Assembly: GCA_963805085.1 (NCBI GenBank)
Contig: CAWDTA010000003.1
Location: forward strand, 312,924 to 376,923
DNA: 64,000 bases
Source of the DNA: an uncultured Veillonellaceae bacterium
GTDB taxonomy: Bacteria > Bacillota > Negativicutes > JARBTT01
Reading direction: 5' to 3'
Shown here: piece by piece, positions 36,198-46,066 of the stretch
How the letters are laid out: each line of letters begins with the position of its first letter
Position numbering within the stretch: the stretch's first letter is position 1
Program-made: the position numbers and the translations under genes
The notes under the pieces: generated by a model
The model's input: the letters and a program-made list of their open reading frames with translations, nothing else
Told to the model about the DNA's origin: nothing
The model's database searches: none

Positions 36198-37895
36198 TTA
36201 GCCTTTTTTTAGTATGTCTTGATAACGATACAATGCTTGTGTTTTAAATCTTGCCGTAATTTCGGCGTATGGCATTGGTTTACCAAATAGATAGCCTTGA
36301 ATATGGGAGCAGTTTTCCGCGCGTAAGAATTTTAACTGATCAATCGTTTCTACGCCTTCGGCTACAATTTCAAGTTTAAGATTTTTCCCAAGTCCTAAGA
36401 TTGCTTTTGCAATATGTGCACCATCGGAGTTATCACCGATATCACTAATAAAGGAACGATCAATTTTTAAAATATCAACAGGAAAACGTTTTAAGTAAAT
36501 AAAGGAAGAATACCCCATGCCGAAATCATCTAGTGATATTTTAATGCCCTTGTTTTTAAGATCCTGTAAAACGAGCATCGTATAATCAGCATCATTCATC
36601 GCTGCTGTTTCAGTAATTTCAACGGTTAACCATTCAGGTGCGAGGTTTGATTCGGTTAAACAATCAAAGATAACTTCTTTTAAATTCTTTTGTTGAAATT
36701 GTTTTGCTGATAAATTGACAGACATTGAAATTGGTGGGAGGCCCATTTCTTGCCATTCTTTATTATGTTTGCAGGCAGTTTTGATGACCCATTCACCAAT
36801 TGGGATGATTGTGCCGCAATCTTCGGCAACAGGGATGAAGTCTGCAGGTGAAATTAAGCCTTTACAAGGGTGGTTCCAACGAATCAATGCTTCTACGCCG
36901 ATGATAACGCCATTTACGTCAACTTGTGGTTGATAATAAAGTTCAAATTGATTTTCTTTTAGTCCGATGCGTAAATCATTTTCCATATCTAAGCGTTTTG
37001 CAATGTTAAGTTCCATTTCATCCATATAATATTGATATTTACCAGCACCTTGTTCACGTGAGCGGTGCATTGCAATTTCAGCCATTTTGATGAGTGTGTT
37101 GGTGTCATTGGCATCATCAGGAAATATAGCGATACCAGCGTTGGCATTGATATTAAAAGATTGATTATCAAATTTCCAAGATTTTTGAATTAGCTCGATC
37201 AGTGTACTTACTTGATCGGTAATCATATCTAAGGATTCAATATTAGATAATAATACAATAAAATCATCGCCGTTTAATCGACAGAGGTTATTAGGATTTT
37301 GTATATGTTCTTTTAGACGCTTTGCGACAATGATCAATAGGTTATCAGCAAAATCATGACCGAGTGTACTATTGATCATTTTAAAGCCGTCTAAATCAAT
37401 GAAGATTAATGCAGTTAGCTTGTTTTTCGATAGTGGTGAATTGATATAAGAAGTTAGTCTTTGGGTAAACAATATTCGGTTCGGTAATTTCGTTAATGGA
37501 TCATGGCTGGAAAGAAAAGCAACTTCTTCTAGATGCTTATTTTCCTCGGCCTTATAACGTTGAATTTCATTAGAATGGATCGTACTATAAGTAGTTAGTT
37601 CAAAATTTGCCAATTGTAAGGAATGCGTGCTCTTTTGATATTTTTTATATGTACGTACAATGCGCTTGGTTAATTTTTTTGATGAAATATAAATAAAGCC
37701 TGCTGTAGCTAACAGTAAAGTAATCGTTTGATAATAAGTGGTCATTGTATCTGATACGTTCAGCATTGGCAAGATCATTGTGGTTAGGCCAATAATCATA
37801 ATAGAATAAATACAATATATAGTAATCAACATCGTTGGTAATTTAGAAATATTACGACTCGTTAAAAAAGATCTTTTAAATTTGATTTTTGACAC
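36198..37895 (-). CDS. Membrane-anchored GGDEF-EAL protein (probable c-di-GMP phosphodiesterase)
   Basis: Two N-terminal TM segments; HDPLTKLPNR, degenerate NGDDF; intact EAL, EITE, DDFGMGYSS, KIDRSF, EGVE, QGY. Confidence 0.9.
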   Translation of the reverse strand: MSKIKFKRSFLTSRNISKLPTMLITIYCIYSIMIIGLTTMILPMLNVSDTMTTYYQTITLLLATAGFIYISSKKLTKRIVRTYKKYQKSTHSLQLANFELTTYSTIHSNEIQRYKAEENKHLEEVAFLSSHDPLTKLPNRILFTQRLTSYINSPLSKNKLTALIFIDLDGFKMINSTLGHDFADNLLIIVAKRLKEHIQNPNNLCRLNGDDFIVLLSNIESLDMITDQVSTLIELIQKSWKFDNQSFNINANAGIAIFPDDANDTNTLIKMAEIAMHRSREQGAGKYQYYMDEMELNIAKRLDMENDLRIGLKENQFELYYQPQVDVNGVIIGVEALIRWNHPCKGLISPADFIPVAEDCGTIIPIGEWVIKTACKHNKEWQEMGLPPISMSVNLSAKQFQQKNLKEVIFDCLTESNLAPEWLTVEITETAAMNDADYTMLVLQDLKNKGIKISLDDFGMGYSSFIYLKRFPVDILKIDRSFISDIGDNSDGAHIAKAILGLGKNLKLEIVAEGVETIDQLKFLRAENCSHIQGYLFGKPMPYAEITARFKTQALYRYQDILKKG

Positions 37896-37963
37896 AATCG
37901 TTACACCTTTTCGTTATATTTTTTTATGTTATTAAAATGCATAATCACGTTTTCTAGCTCATA

Positions 37964-38611
37964 TTAGTCTTGTGAATGATCAACCGGAATTTCTAAATAG
38001 AGGGTATCTAGTTCAGTTATTATACAATTGGAGGAGGTCCAATTGGTGACTGCCTCGATCAGACGATCCTCAAGACCCTTTTTGGCAAATGCTACAATGC
38101 GTACTTTATCAGTGAATATTTTGTCTTCAATCCCATAATGATGAAGACGTAAATTATTTTCGAGTGTGCCGAGTAGCGTATAATCAATCTCGATTGCAAT
38201 GCGAATATATTGTATTTTTTCAACCACTTGTGCAGCTACAAGTCCCAGACTGGCAGCCTTACCGTAAGCGCGAATCAAACCGCCAGCACCCAGCTTTATG
38301 CCACCGAAATATCGTGTGATTACGATGACGATATCTTTCACATCATTTTTTTTCAATACTTCAAGGATTGGTTTACCTGCTGTTCCACTTGGTTCCCCAT
38401 CGTCATCAGCTTTTTGAATTTGTCCGCGATCGCCGATGATATAAGCAGAACAATTGTGTCTTGCTTCCCAGTGAAGTTTTTTTATTTTGTTGATGAAGGC
38501 AGTGGCTTCCGCTTCCGTATTTACACGTTCTATAAAAGCTAAAAAGCGAGATTTACTAATCTCATACTCTGCTTCAGTATAACCTTTTATCGTTTTATAG
38601 TTTGTATTCAT
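37964..38611 (-). CDS. yigZ: YigZ/IMPACT family protein
   Basis: KSRF, ARHNCSAY, DDGEPSGTAGKP, RYFGGIKLGAGGLIRAY. Confidence 0.92.
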   Translation of the reverse strand: MNTNYKTIKGYTEAEYEISKSRFLAFIERVNTEAEATAFINKIKKLHWEARHNCSAYIIGDRGQIQKADDDGEPSGTAGKPILEVLKKNDVKDIVIVITRYFGGIKLGAGGLIRAYGKAASLGLVAAQVVEKIQYIRIAIEIDYTLLGTLENNLRLHHYGIEDKIFTDKVRIVAFAKKGLEDRLIEAVTNWTSSNCIITELDTLYLEIPVDHSQD

Positions 38612-38836
38612 TTCGTACCTCAAAATAATTTGTTCTATAAAATTATACATGAAAACTTAAAGCTTTGTAAGGACCTTTCTTCATAAAAATAGCAAAATTG
38701 AGATATTATAAGAAAAAAATTCATTTAACTAATTTTTTATAGTAATTTTATAGTAATATAAATGCATTTGTAGTATTCTGTATATGCTTATAAAATAAAT
38801 AGGATAAAATTACCGGAAGGGTGTGTTAAGAAGGAC

Positions 38837-40213
38837 ATGAAAGAACCATCAATGAACAGAGGCTTAAAGAACCGGCATTTGCAGCTTATTTCGCTCGGCG
38901 GCATTATTGGTAGTGGATACTTCTTGGGTACGGGCTATGTTTTAGAAAAGGCAGGACCAGCAGCGATATTGGCGTATTTATTGGGAGGTCTAATTGTGCT
39001 ATGCGTTATGTTATGTCTAGCAGAATTAGCGGTTGCCAAACCAATCTCAGGTTCGTTTGTTACCTATGCCAAAGAAAACATCTCGTCCACTTGGGCGTGT
39101 GGTGTAGGCTGGGCATATTGGTTGAATTGGATCGCTTATGTACCGTCGGAAATGATTGCGGCGGGAATTATTATGAATAAATTTGTCCCAGAGGTCAGTC
39201 AGGTTTGGTGGGCTGTTCTATTTGGTTTAATTGTGACGGTCATCAATCTTTTCCATGTTGAAAAATTTGGCGAAAGTGAATTTTGGCTAGCGATTATTAA
39301 AATTGTCGCTTTGATTATGTTTATAGGTGTAAGTACTTTGATTTGTTTAGGTTTTATTGGCGATCAAGGAGCACTCGGCACTAGTATATTATTAGGAAAT
39401 GGTGGATTTGCACCGAATGGTTATTGGTCCATTGTTTTGACGATGGTCATTATTTTGGTTAATTTTCAAGGATCGGAAATCATTGGGCTTGCAGCAGGGG
39501 AATGCAGGGAACCAGAAAAAAGCATTCCAATTGCCGTAAGGAATGTTACTTGGCGCATTATTGCGCTCTATATCATTCCAATATCCTTATTGATCTCTAT
39601 TTTACCTTGGAATAGAGCTTCCTTAGAAGAAAGTGTATTTGCTGTAGCGTTAGCTGAATATGGTTTTGGGTGGGCGGGCGAGTTGTTTGCATTTGTTGTA
39701 TTAACCGCAGCGATTTCTTGTTCAAACTCGGGACTTTATGGTAGTGGCCGTGCACTGCACGCATTAGCGAGAATGGATATGGCACCAAAATGGTTAGGTG
39801 CATTAAATAAAAATGGCATGCCGCAGAATTCGATTTTGGTATCGGTAATCGGTTGCTGGTTGGTCATTGCATTATATACCTTGGATGCCAGTGCGATGGC
39901 TTATACCTATTTACTTGCAGTATCTGGTTTTACAGGTGCAATGGCCTGGATTTCTATTTGCTGGAGTCAATACAATTTCCGCAAAAAAATAATTGCACAA
40001 AACTTAGAGCATACATTAAAATATAAAACCCCGTTTTTCCCTTATGTCACTTTATTCGGCATTTGGGTACAGGTAATCTGTTTACTAGTGATTGCTTTTA
40101 CAGAGGATCTAAGATCAACTTTGTATGTAGGTGTTCCGATGTTAGTTATTCCAATGATTTGGTATCAATGCAAAAAACATTGGGTTCATGAACCTGTTGC
40201 TGAAAATAGATAA
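38837..40213 (+). CDS. APC-family amino acid permease
   Basis: LKNRHLQLISLGGIIGSG, FGESEFW, GSEIIG; about 12 TM segments. Confidence 0.92.
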   Translation: MKEPSMNRGLKNRHLQLISLGGIIGSGYFLGTGYVLEKAGPAAILAYLLGGLIVLCVMLCLAELAVAKPISGSFVTYAKENISSTWACGVGWAYWLNWIAYVPSEMIAAGIIMNKFVPEVSQVWWAVLFGLIVTVINLFHVEKFGESEFWLAIIKIVALIMFIGVSTLICLGFIGDQGALGTSILLGNGGFAPNGYWSIVLTMVIILVNFQGSEIIGLAAGECREPEKSIPIAVRNVTWRIIALYIIPISLLISILPWNRASLEESVFAVALAEYGFGWAGELFAFVVLTAAISCSNSGLYGSGRALHALARMDMAPKWLGALNKNGMPQNSILVSVIGCWLVIALYTLDASAMAYTYLLAVSGFTGAMAWISICWSQYNFRKKIIAQNLEHTLKYKTPFFPYVTLFGIWVQVICLLVIAFTEDLRSTLYVGVPMLVIPMIWYQCKKHWVHEPVAENR

Positions 40214-40339
40214 TTTGTTTTTAAATAATATTATAAAAAGATGCATTTTATGATGAAGATAAAATGCATCATTTTTAGTAAAATACGTAGAAAAATCTAA
40301 AAGCCGATGCTAGATGGCATTAAAAGTAAGTAAAAAGCA

Positions 40340-40368
40340 TTGACAATTCATTAATAGTAATATAAAAT
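40340..40368 (+). promoter_or_regulatory. Stable-RNA sigmaA promoter of tRNA cluster
   Basis: TTGACA-N17-TAAAAT followed by ATAAATGTCGC, the same downstream segment as rrn P2. Confidence 0.8.
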
Positions 40369-40403
40369 ATATAAATGTCGCTAGAAGTAATTAGTGAGTA
40401 GAT

Positions 40404-40479
40404 GCGGAAATAGCTCAGTGGTAGAGCATCGCCTGTCCAAGGCGGGGGTCGCGTAGTTCGAATCTCGTTTTTCGCTCCA
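40404..40479 (+). tRNA. Aberrant tRNA-Gly (anticodon TCC; G33, extra base in T-stem), possibly pseudo-tRNA
   Basis: Near-identical to tRNA-Gly(GCC) at 58146 but loop TGTCCAA, T-stem GCGTAG/CTCGT, G4-U69; CCA encoded. Confidence 0.75.
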
Positions 40480-40490
40480 ATTTTATTTTC

Positions 40491-40565
40491 GGGCCTATAG
40501 CTCAGCGGTAGAGCAACCGGCTCATAACCGGTCGGTCCCTGGTTCGATCCCAGGTGGGCCCACCA
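40491..40565 (+). tRNA. tRNA with CAT anticodon, most likely Ile2 (lysidine)
   Basis: GGGCCTA acceptor, ACCGG-CTCATAA-CCGGT arm, Ile-like body, CCA end. Confidence 0.88.
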
Positions 40566-40577
40566 CTTAATTTATAT

Positions 40578-40654
40578 GACTCTGTAGCTCAGCTGGATAG
40601 AGTGTTTGACTTCGAATCAAAATGTCGCAGGTTCGACTCCTGTCAGGGTCACCA
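40578..40654 (+). tRNA. tRNA-Arg(TCG)
   Basis: TTTGA-CTTCGAA-TCAAA anticodon arm, A20 in D-loop GGATA, CCA end. Confidence 0.9.
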
Positions 40655-40666
40655 TAGGAAATAGAT

Positions 40667-40698
40667 AGGTTTTACGGTTTTTGCCGTGAAGCCTTTTT
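40667..40698 (+). terminator. Terminator after tRNA cluster
   Basis: AGGTTTTACGG/CCGTGAAGCCT hairpin plus T-run. Confidence 0.65.
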
Positions 40699-40788
40699 GT
40701 GTTTTTATAAAGATTATAGTCGCGTTCTGTTCATTTGGCAGAGCGCGATTGTTTTATTGCAATGTCTAGGTTATGATAAACGCATGAG

Positions 40789-41484
40789 GTGAAACGTATG
40801 AAAGTGTTAGTCGTTGATGATGATGAGAAAATTGTAAAAGTACTGACAGCGTACTTGAAAAAAGAAAATTATGTGGTATTTTCTGCAAAAGATGGTCGGG
40901 AAGCAGTCGAGAAAGCAGCAGAGCTCTTACCAGATATTATTTTATTAGATGTCATGCTACCTAGTCTGGATGGCTGGGGCGTATGCAAGGAAATTCGCCG
41001 TACCAGTAATGTGCCTATTATTATGCTGACCGCGAGAGATGGTGAGAATGACCGTATTATTGGGCTCGAACTAGGTGCGGATGATTATGTTGTAAAACCA
41101 TTTAGTCCCAAAGAAGTCATTGCGAGAATCCGGGCGATTCTGCGCCGCGTACAGTCAGTAGGAAATAAAGAACGGATTCTTCAGATTGGAAAAATTGTTT
41201 TACGGCCGAGCAGTCATAATGTCATGGTGGATAGAGTTTCAATAGAGCTAACACCTACGGAATATAAGCTACTAGAATTGTTTCTATCAAATCCCGGACA
41301 GGTATTCTCTCGTCTGCAGCTAGTTGAGAAGGTGCAGGGATACGCCTTTGACGGCTATGAGCGGACTGTCGATTCACATATTAAAAACCTACGTAAGAAG
41401 CTTAATTCTTCCCCAGAAGATCAAGAATATATCAAAACAATTTATGGCGTTGGTTACAAGTTGGCAGGTGAACAAGATGCGTAG
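40789..41484 (+). CDS. OmpR-family response regulator 1
   Basis: VVDDD, LDVMLP, GADDYVVKPF, winged helix RTVDSHIKNLRKKL; start 40789 (GTG) or 40798. Confidence 0.93.
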   Translation: MKRMKVLVVDDDEKIVKVLTAYLKKENYVVFSAKDGREAVEKAAELLPDIILLDVMLPSLDGWGVCKEIRRTSNVPIIMLTARDGENDRIIGLELGADDYVVKPFSPKEVIARIRAILRRVQSVGNKERILQIGKIVLRPSSHNVMVDRVSIELTPTEYKLLELFLSNPGQVFSRLQLVEKVQGYAFDGYERTVDSHIKNLRKKLNSSPEDQEYIKTIYGVGYKLAGEQDA

Positions 41485-42604
41485 TTTATTAGCTAGGGTG
41501 ACGATTACCGTATTTGTGACGACGGTTGTTGTCGTATTAGGACTGATGTTCGTGGTTAATTATCAGATATCGGAGAATTTTAGTTCCTATCTCGATATGC
41601 GAGGTATGCATGGTAATATGATGAATCATGGCAGGATGGCGGCAATGATGGAGGCACCAGAACAGCAGTTTATCCTATCACTTAGACATTCGCTAGTATT
41701 AGCAGGTGCGATGATGCTCGGAATCGGGGCAGCTGTTAGCTATTATTTAGCACGTAGTATTGCTGTTCCGGTGATTGAGCTCAACAAAGCGGTGAATAAC
41801 GTAGCAAAAGGAAATTTAGATTCGGCAGTGGTGGTAACAAGGCAGGATGAAGTAGGTCAATTAGCGGTAGCATTTAATGAGATGACTGCGAAACTAAAAT
41901 CTAGCACTGTTCTAAGACAACGTTTTTTGGCCGGAGTCGCACATGAACTTCGTACACCATTAACAATATTGAAGGCCAACTTAGAAGGCATAGCTGATGG
42001 TGTAATTGTGCCAGATCAGGAGCAAATACATTCCTTAACAGAAGAAGTTGATCGGCTAACAAAACTAGTGGGTGAATTGAGAGAGTTATCATTCCTTGAG
42101 GCTGGACAGTCAAGTCCAGAGTATACGGAAGTCGATGTTGTTACTACTTTGCGTCAGGTTATCCAAAAAAGTAGGCTATTAGCTGCTGAAAAAAATTTAT
42201 TACTTACGATCGAAGTTGATGAACCAATCGCGCCAATCTGGGCTGATATCACTATGCTGCAGCAGATGGTGTATAACTTGATTATGAATGGAATTCGTTA
42301 TACGACTGAAGGAAGTATCAAAGTGACGGTAATACAGGCTCTAGACGCTATTGCGATTGGTGTTAGTGATACTGGCATCGGGATTGCGCCTGAAGATATT
42401 GAACATATCTTTGATCACTTTTATCGCGTGGATCAAGCAAGGACAAAAAAAAGTGGTGGTACGGGTTTAGGCTTAGCGTTAGTCAAACAAATGGCTTTGG
42501 CACATGGTGGTCAGGTTCAGGTAACCAGTATTTTGGGGCAGGGTAGTACCTTTACGCTGAGGTTACCATTAAATATACATCAAAAACACATAGTTTCTCC
42601 ATAA
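41477..42604 (+). CDS. HAMP sensor histidine kinase 1 (Met/His-rich extracytoplasmic loop)
   Basis: 2 TM, HAMP, AHELRTPL, N box, DTGIGI, GGTGLGL; ATG overlaps RR stop. Confidence 0.93.
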   Translation: MRSLLARVTITVFVTTVVVVLGLMFVVNYQISENFSSYLDMRGMHGNMMNHGRMAAMMEAPEQQFILSLRHSLVLAGAMMLGIGAAVSYYLARSIAVPVIELNKAVNNVAKGNLDSAVVVTRQDEVGQLAVAFNEMTAKLKSSTVLRQRFLAGVAHELRTPLTILKANLEGIADGVIVPDQEQIHSLTEEVDRLTKLVGELRELSFLEAGQSSPEYTEVDVVTTLRQVIQKSRLLAAEKNLLLTIEVDEPIAPIWADITMLQQMVYNLIMNGIRYTTEGSIKVTVIQALDAIAIGVSDTGIGIAPEDIEHIFDHFYRVDQARTKKSGGTGLGLALVKQMALAHGGQVQVTSILGQGSTFTLRLPLNIHQKHIVSP

Positions 42605-42629
42605 AATCTCCACAATCTTCGGCTACAAT
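42596..42629 (+). promoter_or_regulatory. Response-regulator-dependent promoter 1
   Basis: TCTCCATAA/TCTCCACAA repeats 11 bp apart, 8 nt gap, then TACAAT. Confidence 0.65.
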
Positions 42630-42657
42630 AAGAGTAATAAAAGGAGGTGCATACATC

Positions 42658-42894
42658 ATGATGATGGGATATGGCGGTGGCTTTGGTGGATTTGGTATGA
42701 TGATTGGGATGATTACACATCTAGCATTTACCGCGATGATTATAATGGCAGTAATTTGGATGTTTAAAACAGTATTTCGTGGTGGGAAAGAAGTGCAGAT
42801 ACAAAATGGTGCATTAGAAATATTGAAGCAACGATACGCCAAAGGTGAAATCACTACAGAAGAATATCAAACGATGAAAAAAGAATTAGAATAA
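42658..42894 (+). CDS. Small membrane protein with SHOCT domain, Met/Gly-rich N-terminus
   Basis: ALEILKQRYAKGEITTEEY SHOCT motif; RBS AAGGAGG. Confidence 0.85.
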   Translation: MMMGYGGGFGGFGMMIGMITHLAFTAMIIMAVIWMFKTVFRGGKEVQIQNGALEILKQRYAKGEITTEEYQTMKKELE

Positions 42895-42963
42895 ATAACA
42901 TCAATGGTTTAAAAAATATATGAATTTTAATGTTTTTTGAATAAAAGTAGGGAGAAGATTGTG

Positions 42964-43290
42964 ATGAAAAAGAAAATTATAGTATTTGGTATTTTGGCAG
43001 CACTCATGGCTGTGCCAGTGTTTGCAGCTACCAATGATCAGGATCAAGAGCAAAATGAAAGTGTTAATCAGATGTTTAGCAATCACAAACAAATGGTGAA
43101 GCAAGCAGTTGACAATGGTACGATTACCGCTGAACAAGCGGCTCAAATGGATGAACATATGAATCAGATGGCTCCGATCATGCAAAAAATGATGCAAGAT
43201 CGACATCGTGGAAATGGAAAAATGATGCGTGGTGGTGATGGCAATCCCCCTTGCTGGACACAAGATAATGGAACGAACGATACCAAATAG
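42964..43290 (+). CDS. Secreted Met/His-rich small protein
   Basis: Signal peptide ending VFA; AVDNGTITAEQA motif; Met-rich helices. Confidence 0.75.
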   Translation: MKKKIIVFGILAALMAVPVFAATNDQDQEQNESVNQMFSNHKQMVKQAVDNGTITAEQAAQMDEHMNQMAPIMQKMMQDRHRGNGKMMRGGDGNPPCWTQDNGTNDTK

Positions 43291-43356
43291 TGCAGGAAAA
43301 GAACCAGGAGCGATCTTGGTTCTTTTTTTTGATTATTTGTGGAAAAAAGCAGAAGA

Positions 43357-43401
43357 TCTTCAATAGATCTTCACAACTTCTTCACAATCTCTTGATACAA
43401 T
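43357..43401 (+). promoter_or_regulatory. Response-regulator-dependent promoter 2
   Basis: TCTTCAATA/TCTTCACAA/TCTTCACAA at 11-bp period, 8 nt gap, TACAAT. Confidence 0.7.
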
Positions 43402-43467
43402 AAAAGCAAGTTAAGTGATGAAATAGATTCCTTAGCAATACGATCAGTTAAATTAGGAGGTTTTTTT

Positions 43468-43977
43468 ATGATGACAATGACACATTACATGGAATTATTG
43501 GCTACAAATCAGCCATGGAACCTTATTGTATATATGGTAATTCCTGTAGCGTTAGCGGAAGCGCTTACTATCACAGAACTTTTCACGGTATTTTTTCGTA
43601 ACTCCAATGCGGGGGCATGGAAAAATTGGAATAGATTCCTTGGTATTGTTTTAGGTTTCTATTTCTTAGGTATTTTTGTCAATCTTATGATTACAGTTGT
43701 TCCTAATATCCAGTGGCGTGGTGCGGCGGATATGCTCGCAGTGGGAGCATATCTCAGTGGTGTAATCCCATTGTTTAGCATCGCACTACTAGACCTTGGC
43801 GTGATTGGCAAAGATAAATCAGAAAACGAAAAAATGAAACTTCACTTCATTATTTTAGCCGTCTTCCTTGTTGTGACCCACATCGCTATGATTTTTGGCA
43901 TGGTTGATCCAACGATTATGGGATGGAACCCAAATTCAGCTGGAGAAAATATGCAACATATGCAGCACAAGATGTAA
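43468..43977 (+). CDS. 4-TM membrane protein with Met/His termini (DUF6803-like)
   Basis: MTHYMELLATNQPWNL, HIAMIFGM, C-terminal MQHMQHKM; family name from memory. Confidence 0.75.
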   Translation: MMTMTHYMELLATNQPWNLIVYMVIPVALAEALTITELFTVFFRNSNAGAWKNWNRFLGIVLGFYFLGIFVNLMITVVPNIQWRGAADMLAVGAYLSGVIPLFSIALLDLGVIGKDKSENEKMKLHFIILAVFLVVTHIAMIFGMVDPTIMGWNPNSAGENMQHMQHKM

Positions 43978-44159
43978 TTTTCGTAAACTATTCGTTTAAA
44001 GCGGCACTTTCTACAGGAAGGGTCGCTTTATTTTCTTAGTATAGGCACCAAGTGTCTGGAAAATATATTATGGAAAGCTGTAATTTACTAGTATTAGAAG
44101 GATTAAGTTGGTGGGGAAAGAACTATAAAGTATGAATATGCTTGAGAGGAGGGCTATAG

Positions 44160-44855
44160 ATGCCCCAATATTCGGTATTGATTGTGGATGATGATGCAAA
44201 ATTAGTACAATTATTAAAAACCTATTTTGATAAAGAAGGTTTTATTACCTATACAGCCAATGATGGGCTAGCTGCGTTGCAAGAAGTACGACAGAGAAAA
44301 CCGGATATTATGATTCTTGATTTGATGTTGCCTGGTCTTGATGGCTGGGATGTATGCCGGAGAATTCGACGTGATAATGATCTCCCGATTATTATGTTAA
44401 CCGCCAGGGATGAAGAGAGTGATCGTCTTGTCGGACTTGAAATTGGTGCTGATGATTATGTAAGCAAGCCATTTAGCCCGAAAGAAGTCGTTGCCAGGGC
44501 AAAGGTGATTTTGCGGCGAACGCATAGAGCAGTTGTCCAGCAGAAACTGATTAAAGCTGGAGGATTGGCCATCGATCTAGAACGTCACCAAGTGATGAAC
44601 GGGAGTCAATTGGTGGATTTGACACCGACGGAATTTAAACTACTGGAAGTTTTAGCGAGCAATACTGGTAAAGTATTTAGTCGTTTGCAAATTGTAGAAC
44701 AAACCCAGGGCTATACTTTTGAAGGGTATGAGCGAACCATTGATGCGCATATAAAAAATCTGCGACGGAAATTAGAAAACAATCCAAAGGAGCCAAAATA
44801 CATTTTAACAGTATACGGGATTGGTTATAAATTTGCTGGTGATGGCGATGAATAG
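44160..44855 (+). CDS. OmpR-family response regulator 2
   Basis: IVDDD, LDLMLP, GADDYVSKPF, RTIDAHIKNLRRKL. Confidence 0.93.
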   Translation: MPQYSVLIVDDDAKLVQLLKTYFDKEGFITYTANDGLAALQEVRQRKPDIMILDLMLPGLDGWDVCRRIRRDNDLPIIMLTARDEESDRLVGLEIGADDYVSKPFSPKEVVARAKVILRRTHRAVVQQKLIKAGGLAIDLERHQVMNGSQLVDLTPTEFKLLEVLASNTGKVFSRLQIVEQTQGYTFEGYERTIDAHIKNLRRKLENNPKEPKYILTVYGIGYKFAGDGDE

Positions 44856-45996
44856 TATTGCTTATCGGATTACGGGGCTTATGTTTCTTTCCATTGCGAT
44901 TACGGTCTTTTTACTGATTTATTTGGCCAATGAACAAATGGCCGGATTATTTCAAGAATATTTAGTTGTTCAGCACATGGCAGTAAATCATGGTTTGATG
45001 GGACAAGCCGCTAATTCTCCAGAGATGACAGTCGTTATGGGACCGCTGGAGGAAACCTTCCTTGCATCGGTTCATCAGTCACTGATTTGGGTAGGGATTG
45101 TGATTATGGTAGTTGGTTTGGCGGCTAGCTATGCCTTGGCACGCAGTATTACCATACCGCTTCGCAAATTAAGTCACGCCGCTGAACAAATGGAGCAAGG
45201 ACATTTGGGACAGACTGTGATAGCAGAAACAAATGATGAGGTCGGGCATTTAGTTGTTATTTTTAATCGGATGTCGCAGACACTAGCAACAAATACTAAG
45301 CTCAGAAGACAGCTATTGGCCAATATTGCACATGAACTGAGGACACCACTGGCTGTTATCCAGGGGCATTTGGAAGGAATGATTGACGGTGTCATTGAGA
45401 CAAGTAAAGAACAACTGAGTTCACTACATGAAGAGGCTGTGCGCTTAAATCGCTTGATTAAAGATTTGCGTGACTTATCCTTGGCTGAAGTTCGCCAATT
45501 GGCATTGGAGAAGCTGCCAACTGACATGAACCAACTCATTGCTCGGACGATCATGATGATGAAGCCACTGTCTGATGAAAAAAAAATTCAAATAAAATGC
45601 AACTTAGTAGAAAAATTGCCAGAAGTGCAGGTAGATGCTGATCGGATGAGTCAGGTGTTTTATAACATCTTGGTCAATGCCATCCGCTATTCGCCGAGTC
45701 AAGGGCGGGTTCTGGTAACTACATCTATCGTTGAAAAACAAGAACAACAATGGTTAAATATATCAATTGAAGATAATGGTCAGGGGATTTCTCATGAAGA
45801 TTTACCATATGTATTTGACCACTTTTACCGAGGTGATAAGTCTCGCGATCGTAAGAGCGGCGGCTCAGGAATCGGGCTAGCAATTGTTAAACAGTTAGTT
45901 GAAAACCATGGCGGGCAGGTTTCTGTCGAGAGTAATATAGGTGCAGGTACTGTTTTTCAGGTGTTGTTACCGATTACTAAAACAGCGAAAAAATAA
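44848..45996 (+). CDS. HAMP sensor histidine kinase 2
   Basis: 2 TM, HAMP, AHELRTPL, DNGQGI, GGSGIGL; ATG 44848 overlaps RR stop. Confidence 0.93.
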   Translation: MNSIAYRITGLMFLSIAITVFLLIYLANEQMAGLFQEYLVVQHMAVNHGLMGQAANSPEMTVVMGPLEETFLASVHQSLIWVGIVIMVVGLAASYALARSITIPLRKLSHAAEQMEQGHLGQTVIAETNDEVGHLVVIFNRMSQTLATNTKLRRQLLANIAHELRTPLAVIQGHLEGMIDGVIETSKEQLSSLHEEAVRLNRLIKDLRDLSLAEVRQLALEKLPTDMNQLIARTIMMMKPLSDEKKIQIKCNLVEKLPEVQVDADRMSQVFYNILVNAIRYSPSQGRVLVTTSIVEKQEQQWLNISIEDNGQGISHEDLPYVFDHFYRGDKSRDRKSGGSGIGLAIVKQLVENHGGQVSVESNIGAGTVFQVLLPITKTAKK

Positions 45997-46066
45997 ATTC
46001 ATATATAGTATAAAAGTATTTTCTAAATCACCCGAATTTTGGGTGATTTTTTTTATACAAATGAAA

